From: Eledone cirrhosa
Taxonomy: Eukaryota
Assembly: GCA_964016885.1 (NCBI GenBank)
Contig: OZ024741.1
Location: forward strand, 146,010,001 to 146,074,000
Direction of reading: 5' to 3'
Length of the DNA: 64,000 nt
In this document: piece by piece, positions 36,675 through 49,000 of the stretch
Layout of the letters: every line of letters begins with the position of its first letter
How positions within the stretch are numbered: the first letter of the stretch is position 1
Program-made: the position numbers and the translations under genes
The notes under the pieces: generated by a model
The model's database searches: none
What the model saw: only the letters and a program-made list of their open reading frames with translations
What the model was told of the DNA's origin: nothing

Positions 36675-39070
36675 ACAGAAATAAGAGAATCAGTGTTGCG
36701 ACGAAAGGAATTTATTGGACATATTACAAATGTTTCTCGGGCGGCCATCTCGAGGCACGATCGATATGGTGATCACACCTGACTCTGAAATCAACACGGT
36801 CGTGGGATACTTCTCAATTCTACGAAGCAGATTTCCCTATAGTCCTTTAACATCGAATTTCTTCGTTTGTTGATTTAGATCCTGTTGTTGTCATTCGATG
36901 AGTGGTCAAGAATTGTACACGTCACCGGTATTTCTAGCCACACATGGTTGCCCACTTCTTGCTTCCTCTCGTTCTCCACCTGTCAATCAAAATGTCATCA
37001 TGTATCAGAATTACTACTGTGGTGGGAGAGTGGCTGTAATCTCGAACGGCTGGCATCACTTCGACGTCTTCATTGCCCCTAGGCGCCTTAGTCTACATCG
37101 GTCAGGTACATCCCCGCAATTATTCTGTATGCGGCATTCATCATAAATAATGATTTGCGGGAATTAAAAAAACAAACAAATCATGGGGATATTTAGCGTA
37201 ACATTTGTAGGACACAACCTTAGGATACACTCCGTCATACATATTTCAAAAAGAAAAGGAAATAGAAAAAGAAAGAACCTGTAGCAAGAACGTTTTTTAA
37301 AAAAACGTTTTTAAAAGAAAGCTTTCAACAGCCATTCAAACGGAAGGGTTATATCAAACGTGTTTTCAACAAATAGACCCAATTCTACACTCACACATTG
37401 GATTCAGGGGAGCGTGTTTAGCCAAGACACCGCACATATATAGGCAGATGAGAAAAGAAAAATCCATGGAAAGTCATCCGTACCCCCACGCATACATGCT
37501 CAGACAAATACATCGACCCATGCATGCTAACACCCGTGCTTATGCATGTCTGTGTGGGCACACATACATACGCGCACCCACGTGCTCCCACACCGGATGC
37601 ATATACTTGATTAGTACCCTCCCCCCCCATCCATCCACCCACGTACCACTGCGCAGATGGTGCACACATTATTGTATGGGACAACGCATACGAGGCCTTG
37701 ACCCAACCCGTGGCGGTGTGAGTCCGAGGGTGCCTGCACAATATGCCTAAATGTTACGGCAGTACAATATCCCTGCACTAATCGCATATAGCGTGGGTGG
37801 CACATATATAAAAAAAAACATGTATGCCATAACATAAAATAATGAAATTGTATACAATAAAATAAAATAAGATAAAATACAATAAAATAAAATGCTGGAA
37901 AAAGAGAATGCATACATGATAAGGATGCAGAGGGGGACCGGGAATTACACATGGAGTGTATGTATGATGAAATGTGCCAACGGCATGCGTTGTGTGCATG
38001 TGAATATCGGCGGCATGGAATGACAAAATTTAAACTTGAAATCAAAATTAAAATTAAAATTAACATCAACATTACAATTAGCTGCGATATTAACCTTAGG
38101 ACCAGCATCATGTCCACCATCCAAGTAGCGGATTAAGCACCGTGAATCGAATATCGGAAATCAACAATTCAAATATTTAAAAGTTTGAAAATTTAGAAAT
38201 TTGAAAATTTAAAACCACACACATGTTTGTAGACCCAATCCTACTTGTAATGAGTCGGCGTTCGAAAATTGGTGTGGTGTGCTATTAGGGTGTTCTACGA
38301 GGTGGGCAACGTTTGAACTGTCATGCTATCAGCTTGTGCTGTCATGCATTCATAGATATAAAGTGTTCAATTGTGGTCTGCTGCATGCGCTCCACCTGGT
38401 GTTGCGGTGCCGGTGGTGTGTTATGCAGATCGATCCGGTATCACTAGGGCGGAGAGTGTGCATTTACGTTGATGTCTGCATGCCATGATTATTTCAGACA
38501 TGAGGTTGACTGCATCGCCCTTAAGTTTTATTATCTCCATAGCCTCGGACAGGCATAACTTGAACGTCCTGCCTCCGGCTGAGTACGCATTCGCATGCTG
38601 TACAATACCCCAGCTTAGGTCGTATTCAATGCCACTGTCTTTGAGTCTCCATACTAAGTCCGTCAATCTGGTGGAATGTCTCTTGTTCCTGCCCTTGAAC
38701 GAGCTCTTGTGGTTGTACATCCTCAACTTAAAAGTCGTGGATGTTGCTCCGATGTATGTGTGCCTATCGTTATGCGTGGTAACCACACATCTGTAGACAA
38801 CGCCCTTAGTCAGGCACATTCCTTGCAGAGGGCACTCCTCACGGACACGGCAGTTACATGTCCGTGCATCATTTTTGCAACTCCCGTTACGTGGTCCTGG
38901 CGTCTTATTTGTGTTCTCACCGGTCCTCGAGTGGTCCTCTGGCGGAGTGGTGGACTCAATGTTCACCACTAGCTGGTCTCTGCTGGCAGGTCTGGGGCCC
39001 TCCGCAGCCGCGGCTCAGCCTCCAAGCACGTCCCCAGAACCATCAGCCCCTTCCGCATGTTCTCACCGAC
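36675..39070 (-). mobile_element. Penelope-like element 3' portion (Naiad-like): GIY-YIG endonuclease plus long 3' region ending in (TA)n
   Basis: ORF 38421-38969; near the 3' end the minus strand reads GAAACAT..ATGTC caataaa (3' half of a hammerhead plus AATAAA), then ~40 nt and (TA)n. Continuity between ORF and terminus is inferred. Confidence 0.65.
38421..38969 (-). pseudogene. GIY-YIG endonuclease domain of a Penelope-like retroelement (Naiad-type)
   Basis: CNCR..CPLQGMC..VVYRC..TYIG.T..FK.R..NH..SF..ST.L..VW.LK..W.I..Y..G..LCL.E..N..E..CRH; the RT upstream is absent. Confidence 0.88.
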
Positions 39071-39082
39071 CCCCCCCCCGTT

Positions 39083-40330
39083 ACTACGCCTCTGCCTACA
39101 GAACTGGGAATATGCTGCCAGTTACATTAGACCGCTTCGAGGACGCCAGAGAACAAGTCTGGCATGCCTATGTAAACCTCATAGGGTAGACCATCTAAAC
39201 CGGGTGATTTGCGTTTCCCATCTTCTATTGGTGATGAGATATCCATCTGCTGTCAACACCCTTCTAATGCATGGCTGGGCATGCCGTGGCTGATGATGTG
39301 GAAACACACGCTGAGGCTACGCCATCTCCATGTGTTCCTGACCGGCGAACCGGTGTGGCTGTCGTTTGTGAGATGAGCTCTTCCACAACTCGTCTCACTA
39401 ACAGAGCTGCAGTCTTGGGTCAAGCGAAGACCGAAAATGGGCGCCTGGCACCTCGAGTGCCTTCAGGCGCTCACAGCCCTCTACCAAGCAGAAATGGCAA
39501 TCAGCGGAGACTCCACTTCGACATTCTATAGGGGTTTAGTGGAGGATAAATGCGACAACATTCTTGGTGAAACTCTAAGCATCGAGGAAAACGAACTGAC
39601 CAGTCTGTTCGGGAGGACTTTCCGTTCAGGGCCTATGGATAACTTCCAGAGGTCTCTGGCCTGGCAGTGCTACCGAGGAGCTCTACCAGTTCAAGACAAA
39701 ATCTACAGGCACGGACGCCCTGGCAGAGATCCCTGGCACGGGCGCCCTGGCAGAGATGTGAGCAGGACATCGAAACCGTTCTGCATGCAATTGTTCAGTG
39801 CCCAGAAGTGACCGAACTGTGGAATTATGTCAAACAGCTACTGTCACGTGTGGGACGCATCCAGTTGTCAGCCAAGTCCATCGTGAGGATCACCCCGCCG
39901 CCTTCATTTAAGAATGAAGGAGGGGCGGTCTTCCGCTGTCTGGTGGCGATGGCGAAAGAGGTAATATGGTGGACGAGGTTAAAAGGACTGAGGGAAAGCA
40001 CATTTCTCTCTGGGCAACAACTCATCCCCTTCTTTAAGTACCATTTCAGAAGGAAGGTGAGAGTGGAGAGAGAGGTGCTACACCCCAGTAAATTCGCTGA
40101 AAGGTGGGTGAATGTGGCGAAAATGGCCCGGGTGAATGGGCCTTCTCTGTATATAAACCTATAGGTTGAGGAAGATAAACAGAGGGAAGACGGGAACACC
40201 TACAAAACGTGTTCCTGGTGTTGAGGGTTCTATCCACAGGGTGTAAAAAAAACCCGCAGTAGCGATACCCCCCCCCCCTCTGATGGGGATTTCAATTGTT
40301 TTATTTTTATATAGTTTATAAACCCTCCAT
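39083..40330 (+). mobile_element. Tx1-clade LINE 3' portion with an inverted 5' piece (39083-39215 on minus)
   Basis: Minus piece KSPGLDGLPYEVY..MPDL..IPSSVGRG; plus piece SICCQHP..LGMPWLMM, RSLAWQCYRGALPV, RCEQDIETVLHAIVQC (CCHC-like), KEVIWWTR, then 3' UTR. Confidence 0.85.
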
Positions 40331-40459
40331 CTCAATTCTACTTTTGAAAAGCATAAGAACTGTGAAACAGGTAAAGGAAACAAATAAATATTCCTAAAAA
40401 GACTCCAGTTGCATTTTCGATGTCTTTCCTTATATATATATATACAGAGAGAGAGAGAG

Positions 40460-41105
40460 AGGCAATTAAGGATATGAAGACAGGCAAATCAGCTGGTCCA
40501 TAGGGAATAGCTGCTGAGATGCTGAAAGCTTCTGGGATGGTAGGCCACACCATAACCACCCATATTGTAAATCAATATTACAGAATGGAGTTAGAACCAA
40601 TGACTGGTGGGGAAGAACCATTGTCAATTGCTACAAGTACAAAGGTGATGCACTAGTCAGGGGAAACTATAGAGGCATCAAAATGATGGACCAAATCATG
40701 AAAATTAGAGAAAGAGTCATTGTACAACTGATTAGGGATTGAATTAACCTAGATGAATTAACCCGGATTTCTGTCAGGAAAAAGTACCACAGATGCTCTC
40801 TTCCTTGTGAGGCAACTTCAGGAGAAGTACTTAACAAAAAGTAAACCCATCTACTTCGCGTTTGTTGACATGGAGAAAGCTTTTGACAGGGTTTTCCATT
40901 CTGTAATTTGGTGGGCACTAAAAAAACTAGGGGTGGACAAGGGGCTGTTGAAAGCAGTACAAACCATGAATAGAGGTGTAGTCAGCAAGATAAAATTAAT
41001 AATGACTACAGTGAAGAATTTAGCATGAAAGTTGGGGGTCCACCAGGGATCTGTCCTTACCCCTCTACTGTTTATTATCATACTCCAAGCTATAACAGAA
41101 GTGAC
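40460..41105 (+). mobile_element. RTE RT fragment, decayed
   Basis: [44 protein letters not shown]; cut by a long (TA)n. Confidence 0.85.
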
Positions 41106-41109
41106 ACCC

Positions 41110-41312
<203 letters not shown>

Positions 41313-41439
41313 TGGTGAAAAGTGAAAGAGGGATACCAGCTGGTCTGAGTGTGCTCTACCCACAATAACTGACAATGAAAAAACTGCAACAACTCTGGGA
41401 AACTAAACCAGAACAACCTGCCACCCTCTACACACCATC

Positions 41440-42680
41440 ATAAACTGCAAGCAGAGTATAAATTGTTGTCCTTAAATGCTCGCAATTTATGCAACAAGAT
41501 ACATCTGTTTAACTCCTAAGTCAGAAGCATCGACCCTGACTTCATCACAGTCACGGAAACATGGGCACATTCCTTACTCTGTGATGGTGTTTTCAGCATT
41601 ACTGGGTACAACCTTTTCCGCAAGGACCACATTAATTGCCGTGGTGGTGGTGTGATGGTCTACGTTCATTCAAACTTTTCGGTAATTCCTTGCGTTGATT
41701 CGAACGAATCACAAGAAGTGTTTTTGTGACATATATATGACCATGTCAACACTTCTGCTTGGTGTTGTTTATCCCCCCCCCACCCCCCCCAAAAAAAAAC
41801 TACCATCAGGACACACAGCTTTGCGATATCCTCAGAGCTGCTGCCAGGAAAACAGCCACTTATGTGTTTATTGCAGGTAACTTCAATCATCCTGAGATCG
41901 ATTGGGAAACCTTTCGTTGGCCACAAAGTACAAACGATTTCCTTGAGCTAGTGCTGGACTCAAACTGGTCACAAGTAGTCACCTCTCCAACAAGAGGTGA
42001 CAACACTTTGGACCTGATCTTCACCACTACTCCTGAAGTGGTTATCAGTTGTACTACTGAGGAACCTCTATTCGACTCTGATCATGCTATGATCATTGCC
42101 AATCTGGCTCTTGCGGGCAGTGACAAAAAGGCAGTGCTTGAATTTGAACAGTGTATAACAACCAATCCTGACAGTAAGGTGTTCTGGAAATATGTTCATT
42201 CAAATCAGAGACCTCACTCTCCAGTTGGTCCTCTTCACAATCCCCACACCAGCGAGAACACTGACGACCCCAAAGAATGCGCAGAAATCATTGCTGAGTG
42301 CTATGCAAGCATTTTTACTGTTGAAAACTAGAATGTACCATCTCCACCATCTCTAACATCAAATTCCATAACAACTATGGAATTTACACCTGCAATGTTG
42401 CAACGTCACCTTAAAAATAAGCGCATATATGCCTCCCCTGGTCTTGATGGTGTTACATACCTGCTTCTCAAACGTGGCGGGTATTTCCTTTTGCACCAGC
42501 TTTCTTTCTTCTTTCAATACTGTGTCAACAATGGTGCTACTCCGGAGCAGTGGAAAACTGCCAGTGTCATTCCCCTGTTGAAAAAGGGCGACCGCACGTC
42601 ACCTGTCAACTATCGTCCAGTCAGTCTTACTAGCTGTATTGCCAAACTGATAGAATCCTGTGTCAGAGAAACACTTGGGT
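41440..42680 (+). mobile_element. CR1/L2-group LINE ORF2 fragment (APE and start of RT), internally deleted
   Basis: LNARNL, TETW, RGGGV, GNFNHPEIDW, PTRGDNTLDLIFT, SDHAMI, FWKYV, SPGLDG, WKTASVIPLLKKG..NYRPVSLTS. Confidence 0.88.
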
Positions 42681-42689
42681 CCCTATCAT

Positions 42690-42861
42690 TCCACTGCAAA
42701 GTGGTCGTGTAGGTGCCACGGCAAAAATGCACCCAGCAATCACTGCAAATGAGAATGGTGTTAGGAAGGGCATCCAGCTGTAGAAATCAAGCTAGAATCA
42801 GTTCCCGTCCCACCCTTGCAAGCAGGGAAAAGCGGACGTAAAATGATGATGATGATGATGA

Positions 42862-42865
<4 letters not shown>
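42690..42865 (+). mobile_element. Non-autonomous element/SINE with a 3' tail near-identical to the RTE LINE tail
   Basis: Ends cccacccttgcaagcagggaaaagcggacgtaaaa(tga)n, as at 45468-45523 and 16843-16890. Confidence 0.85.
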
Positions 42866-42900
<35 letters not shown>

Positions 42901-42903
<3 letters not shown>

Positions 42904-43105
42904 TCATCATCATCATCAACGTTTAACGTCTGTGTTCCACGCTTGCATGGGTTTGGACGGGGGTAGTCCCACTTGAGGCAAGAGTGATTGTCTTGCTCGC
43001 ATAGGACTGTCTGGCAGGTTTTCTACAGTTGGATGCCCTTCCTAACACCAACCACATTTACAGTGTGGGTCTGGGAGGTTTTTACCGTGTTGCCTACACG
43101 GCCAC

Positions 43106-43108
<3 letters not shown>
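42901..43108 (-). mobile_element. RTE-tail SINE, second subfamily
   Basis: Reverse complement closely matches 56145-56357 (ggaagggcatcc..ccagacagtcctatgc..cactcttgcctcaagtggga..cccatgcaagcgtggaa..gacgttaaac). Confidence 0.8.
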
Positions 43109-43152
<44 letters not shown>

Positions 43153-43299
43153 TATTTTCCGTTGTGTTGTAATATAAATATTACACACAGTAGATTGACA
43201 GCTCACGTAGAGTTTGCTCGACGGTTCCAGTTGTAGTTCCAAAAGTAATCCAGAGAAAAATAGAAAGATTTGAATGGATACAGTTTAGTTGAAAGGAGT

Positions 43300-43420
43300 T
43301 TATTGACACGTGTTTCTATAACAGTTACATAACCTGAAAACAGCTGCTATCTACAAAGTATTAGTTATGCAGACATTCAATATTTCAATGTTATTATTTA
43401 CTGTCATTTCATCAGAATAA
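43300..43420 (-). ncRNA. Type I hammerhead ribozyme (inverted copy)
   Basis: Reverse complement of 43707-43827. Confidence 0.72.
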
Positions 43421-43706
43421 TATTACTGAGGACCTGTTTGGTTTTTATAGAGAATATTAGGAGGGAGGGGTGAAGTTGTTAGAAGAATAGTTGAGGGAGT
43501 GGTTTTTTGATAGCAGTGAGAATTTTTGAAAAATAACCAATAATATATTCTATAAAAATGTCAAAACAACAGATGGGAATCTAATTACTCAGTGCCACCA
43601 AAAATTCTCACTGCTATCAAAAAACCACTCCCTCAACTATTCTTCTAACAACTTCACCCCTCCCTCCTAATATTCTCTATAAAAACCAAACAGGTCCTCA
43701 GTAATA

Positions 43707-43827
43707 TTATTCTGATGAAATGACAGTAAATAATAACATTGAAATATTGAATGTCTGCATAACTAATACTTTGTAGATAGCAGCTGTTTTCAGGTTATGT
43801 AACTGTTATAGAAACACGTGTCAATAA
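43707..43827 (+). ncRNA. Type I hammerhead ribozyme with large loop-II insertion
   Basis: TTATT CTGATGA a ATGACAGT..74 nt..ACTGTTAT a GAAA CACGTG TC AATAA(A): 5-bp stem I, 8-bp stem II, palindromic stem III, GUC cleavage after 43822, overlapping AATAAA. Confidence 0.78.
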
Positions 43828-43861
43828 ACTCCTTTTAACTAAACTGTATCCATTCAAATCT

Positions 43862-43923
<62 letters not shown>

Positions 43924-43927
43924 CTAT

Positions 43928-45523
43928 AGGCTGCTGGACCGTCAGGGATAGTTGCTGAGATGCTGAAGACATCAGAGGACGTAGGAACTGAACTGGTTGC
44001 ACGCATCATCAATCAGGCTATATACGGTGGTGTCATACCCAAAGACTGGTGCAGCAGTATTCTCATAAATTGCTACAAAGGTAATGGGGATGCTTTGGAG
44101 AGGAGCAATTATAGGGGTATAAAACTGATGGATCAGGTTATGAAAGTGGCAGAAAGGATATTAGCACAACTAATTAGAGAAAGGGTCAAACTAGATGAGA
44201 TGCAGTATGGTTTTGTGCCTGGGAAAAGTACAACAGGTGTCCTCTTCTTGGTGAGACAATTACAAGAGAGGTTCTTAGAGAAAAATAAGCCACTATACTT
44301 AGTCTTTGTTGACCTAGAGAAGGCCTTTGATAGGGTACCCCGATCTGTCATCTGGTGGTCCCTAAGAAAACTAGGTGTTGAGGAATGGCTTGTGAGGACA
44401 GTGCAAACTTGTACAGAGGTGCTGTCAGTAAAGTCAGAGTAGGAATGGAGTTTAGTGAGGAATTCCAGATACAAGTAGGTGTACATCAAGTTTCGGTGCT
44501 CAGCCCGCTCTTGTTCATTATAGTCCTCCAAGCCATAACAGAGGAGTTTAAGACTGGCTGTCTATGAGAACTTCTCTATGCTGACGATCTGGCTCTTATA
44601 GCAGAATCAGTAGAGGAGCTAGAAAATAAATTCTGGCTATGGAAACAGCAGTTGGAAGCAAGAGGCCTGAGAGTGAACCTAGCTAAGACAAAAGTGTTGA
44701 TAAGTAGAAGAGAGGTCAATACTCTGATTCCATCAGGGAAATGGCCATGTTCGATATGCAGAAAAGGAACTGGCATAAATTCTATAAAATGCACACAATG
44801 CAGATCCTGAGTACACAAGGGATGTAGTGGGATAACAAACAGGTAGGGAGAAATACGTATGCAGTAGATGAATGGGGAAATTAGATAGTAGAAGTCGCAT
44901 TGATAGACACATTTTTCAAATGCAGGCAGGTGCTATAGAAGTGGTGGATAGCTTCCGGTACCTAGGAGATCAGATTAGCATGGGAGGAGGGTGTTCCGAG
45001 GCCATAGTATCTAGAATAAGAACGGGTTGGAAGAAGTTCATGAAGAAGGGTTTCTCCCTGCATACAAAAGGTCGGTTATATGATGCCTGTGTGAGGAGCG
45101 CGATGTTGCATGGTAGTGAGACATGGGCAGCAACTGCAGAGGATATGTGACGGCTGGAGAGAAATGAAGCAAGCATTCTCCGTTGGATGTACAATGTCAA
45201 TGTGCGAGAACGACCCGGCATGAATGTGTTGAGAGGGATAGAATGTAGTGTGCGAGAGAGGACACTGATGGACATGTGATGCGCATGGAGGATGACCGAT
45301 GGGTGAAGAAGTGCGAGGAAATGCCAGTTGAAGGAAGACGTGGTAGAGGTAGACCACGAAAAACATGAGCGGAGTTGGTGAGAACAGACCTCAGATCGCT
45401 GAAGCTCACGGGGGAGATGACGAAGGACCGTGACCAGTGGAGAGATGCTGTGCTGAATAAGACCTGTCCCACTCTTGCAAGCAGGGAAAAGCGGACGTAA
45501 AATGATGATGATGATGATGATGA
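43928..45523 (+). mobile_element. RTE LINE, 5'-truncated, same family as 16843-19035
   Basis: NYRGIKLMDQVMK, FVDLEKAFDRVP, YADDL, WPCSICRKG..CTQC..HKGC, FRYLGDQ, MLHGSETW; tail gcaagcagggaaaagcggacgtaaaa(tga)n. Confidence 0.93.
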
Positions 45524-45894
45524 TATATATATATATATATTTATATATATATGTATATATATATATCATATATATATATATCATTACCAAAATAATAACT
45601 TAACATGATTCTTATATAAAATTATGTTGGAAGATTTTAATTTAAATAGGAACTCTTTAAAATGAGTGGTTTTGTTTCATAGAGCTAAAACTGGTTTTGG
45701 TGGGATGATACTAAAGTAGTAACAGTTTCCTAATGCCATCTTATCTTTTATGAGAACAAAAAACAAACATATGACATAATACCAGAATATAACTGGTATT
45801 CATTTTCCTCAACTATGTCTTATATATATATCCAAGGTAGTTGGTGTTGTATATATTTGTATATATATAAATGTGTTATATATATATATATATA

Positions 45895-46205
45895 TGCAAA
45901 AAGTAAACAGTTATAGCAAAGCAAACAACACAGTGCAATGAAGAAATGTATAAGTTTAATGCTTGGTATAATGGAAAAAGAGTATTTACGTTTCAATCAA
46001 TAGTCCTTCATCGGAAGATAGAATGAGGAATAAAAGTAGAAATAGAAAGATAGAGGGTGAGAAGGGAAAGGAAAGGAAAAAGGTTTGAGTAAAAGCATGT
46101 GTGTATTCAGTCAGTTATTGATGGAAATGCTGGTCAGTGTGTATCTTAGGTATCAGTGAGGTTTAGGAAGGGACATAATCATTGAATATTTTGAGTGGAT
46201 GTGTT

Positions 46206-46246
<41 letters not shown>

Positions 46247-46386
46247 GTTTGCTCATTTGTCTGTGCAGTTGAATTTGCTGCTGTCAGTGTATAGACTGTA
46301 TACACTGACAGCAGCAAATTCAACTGCACAGACAAATGAACAAACCTACACATGTGCAAACACACACACACACACACACACATCCA
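45895..46386 (-). mobile_element. Penelope-pLTR-like element with decayed minimal hammerhead and 5' fold-back palindrome
   Basis: Minus: tcattctatcttCCGATGAagg..GAAACGTA (45985-46016)...ttcattgcactgtgttg..tttttgca(TA)n; palindrome 46241-46293/46299-46351 extending through (CA)n to catcca. Homologous to 58380-58540. Confidence 0.6.
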
Positions 46387-46523
46387 TGAAGTGACCAATG
46401 CAGGGAGGTATACAAGTATGTATGTGAAATTCTGCAAACACATACATACACAAGCAGAAACAGTAACAAGGGGTTGTAGAGATGAGGAGGGAGGGTGGCA
46501 AATATATATACATATATACACAT

Positions 46524-46596
<73 letters not shown>

Positions 46597-47209
46597 CCTG
46601 TTTACAATTGTATCTATGTCTGTGTGTTTGTCCTGTAACTGAGTGGGTTGACAAAAAAAAATAAAATAAATAAAAATCAATACAATAAGTACCAAAGTAC
46701 CAGACATGAAAAGAAGTAATGGTATCGATATGATCAGCTTAATCTATTTAAGGTGGTGCCCTAGCCTGGCCAGAATCTAATAACAGAAGCCAGTAAAAGA
46801 ATAAAAGAAATGAAAAGATAAAAACATTGGAAACTGAATATCCTAACAGTGTTATTTGTTAATTTCTTCCATAAAACGGAAATAAAATAAAATTAACAGT
46901 TGATATATAAAGAAATATGATACCAAAACTGTTATTTCAATGAAATAATATCTAGCAGGAAATAATAGAATTGCATTCTCCTTTTTCATCTTTAACACTC
47001 CTATTATGTTTCGGACGTAAATGTTGTAATGTAATAAGTTTCCAAGTGACAGATTTTAAATAATTACGTCCCTACCTAACCACTTACCAATCTACCTACC
47101 AACTTACCTATCAATTGAGCTTCCTACCAACAAGTAAATGGCTGAAATATCTGAAGGTATTGTCAGAACCAGTACTAACATTAAGCCCAGCTTAGTAGCC
47201 ACAAAGGCA

Positions 47210-47388
47210 AGGCTGAATTAACCATTAAGCAAAATAAGCACATGCTTGTGACACCAAGGGAAGAGGGATGCCATTTTATTCATATTAATTGTATTTGATA
47301 TTAAAGAAAATATTTTTAGTGCCTTTATAAATGAGGGGCATCATAATCTTTTAAGTTTCTAGGACCCCAAAAGGACTTAATCTGGCCT
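47210..47388. mobile_element. Probable MITE (hAT-like short terminal inverted repeats)
   Basis: aggctgaattaa ... ttaatctggcct imperfect TIRs, ~180 bp. Confidence 0.45.
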
Positions 47389-49000
47389 TACTCCTAAAAT
47401 GTATTCCCCAGAGAAGAACATTACTGAGCTTTAAAGAATCACAGTTTTATACAAATTTGTTTAATATATTATAAGATGTTTTTGCAATCAATAAATATGC
47501 CACTAAACATCTTTGTCATGTTGCAGCATTGAGGAGATATTCAAAGCAGAGGAGAAAGTCATATAACCTGTAGCATGATTTGATGCAGGTGAGTGTGAAC
47601 TGTGTAGTGGAAAATGCATATATAGTATTATTCTTAATGTAGTCAGGGCAAAAAGCATCAACAATTAGGTATGTCAGATTACAAAACTGTAAGTTGAAAT
47701 TAAATTATTTGGGAGAATGGAGCACAAAACTGGATGAGTTGGTTACACCTAGGGCATTAAATACCTAGGTGATGAATCTAAATAGAGGTATAAACCAAAT
47801 TAACAATTGAGAACTGATCAGCACCAATGTTGTAAACTATCTCTGGGTATAACTCATCCCTTCAGCCATAAAACTGGGTGTTACCACTTACAATGCAGAG
47901 GAATGGAAGATAAACAAGCACCAAGCAGTGGCTAACTGATTTCTTTTGTTATATTACTAAATCCCTCCAAAATGTTTTTTGTTTTTAAAATGATTTGCAT
48001 ATCATAGAGATGCTAGCATGTAAAAAAATGGAAGAAAGACTAGCAGATTACACAAAGTTTGTGTAAGATCATCATTACTGATTTATGTCCTTCGATAGTT
48101 TTGGTGCCTTTCCTGACACCAACCCATACCCCATTCTAAGTATGGTATATGCTGAAAACCTTCTTCAATTGTTATGCTGCCAAACATATTATTGATAGGG
48201 AATATAAACCATTGTCACTGCAGTTTTTTATAAACAGTCTCAATATGATATTCGCAATGACTGACATGCATATGCATGCATACAGTGCTCATGCACTCAT
48301 GGAAATATATATGACAGGCTCCATAGAGTCTTTACCAATTTCCCTAACAAGACATTAGTTGGTCTAAGGCTGAAATGGAAGATATTTGCTGAAGGTGCCA
48401 TACATTGGAATAGAACTGAAACAAACAACTTCTTAATTAAACAGCCATGCCTGCACCTCAAAATAAATAAATCTGGATAACATATTTGTATGTAGGTGAG
48501 GTAGACTAAATAGTTCAGATATACAGACATAGTCTGTACATTTAATTTGGTATGATTCTTAGAGTCAAATAGTAATTTTCATTCTGTATATCAGTTATCT
48601 TCGGATATCTCCTATGACAAAATTTAGATGTCTTTTGACTTAGTTTTCAAATAGACAGTATTGGATATCTGCCATGGAAACTTTAAGTACCATGGGAACA
48701 AGTTCTATATAGACTGGAATGAATGAATGATGAGAGCTTGGAAAATATCTCTTTTGACTATACATCCCAGGAGAATTCTTTGTTTATCTTCATTTCATAT
48801 ATTTTCTTAAAGATTTTACTTGTAAAAAGTGTTCTCTTTACTTTCTATTGTAACTCTTTTAGTAGCAAAATGTCTGAAACAGCCCCTAATTATACAATAC
48901 AAATCTGTTTGTTCAAAAGTGTTTATATTTATCTAAAAACCTTCCATCATAATTTTATGTAAGAAGCTTTGTTGAGTTATGCTCCAAAAATCAGCTTAAT

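Larger units (their letters stand above)
43260..43867. mobile_element. Fold-back element: 269-bp inverted arms, 70-bp spacer, one hammerhead per arm, right end in (TA)n
   Basis: 43260-43528 is the reverse complement of 43599-43867; one mismatch noted. Confidence 0.88.

Noticed and set aside
38421-38969. Selenoprotein-type Naiad (UGA recoding) or a prokaryotic homing endonuclease
   Set aside because: No in-frame TGA in the surviving domain and no SECIS recognised; the motifs and context fit a Penelope-like element.
43260-43867. MITE interpretation of the long inverted repeats
   Set aside because: Arm lengths and spacers vary, some loci are asymmetric or tandem, no transposase-type termini are evident, and hammerhead motifs have consistent polarity. 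Not formally excluded.
47527-47588. Candidate host exon (ttgcag|...cag|gtgagt)
   Set aside because: Stop codons in all three frames and no supporting neighbouring exons; it could at most be non-coding.
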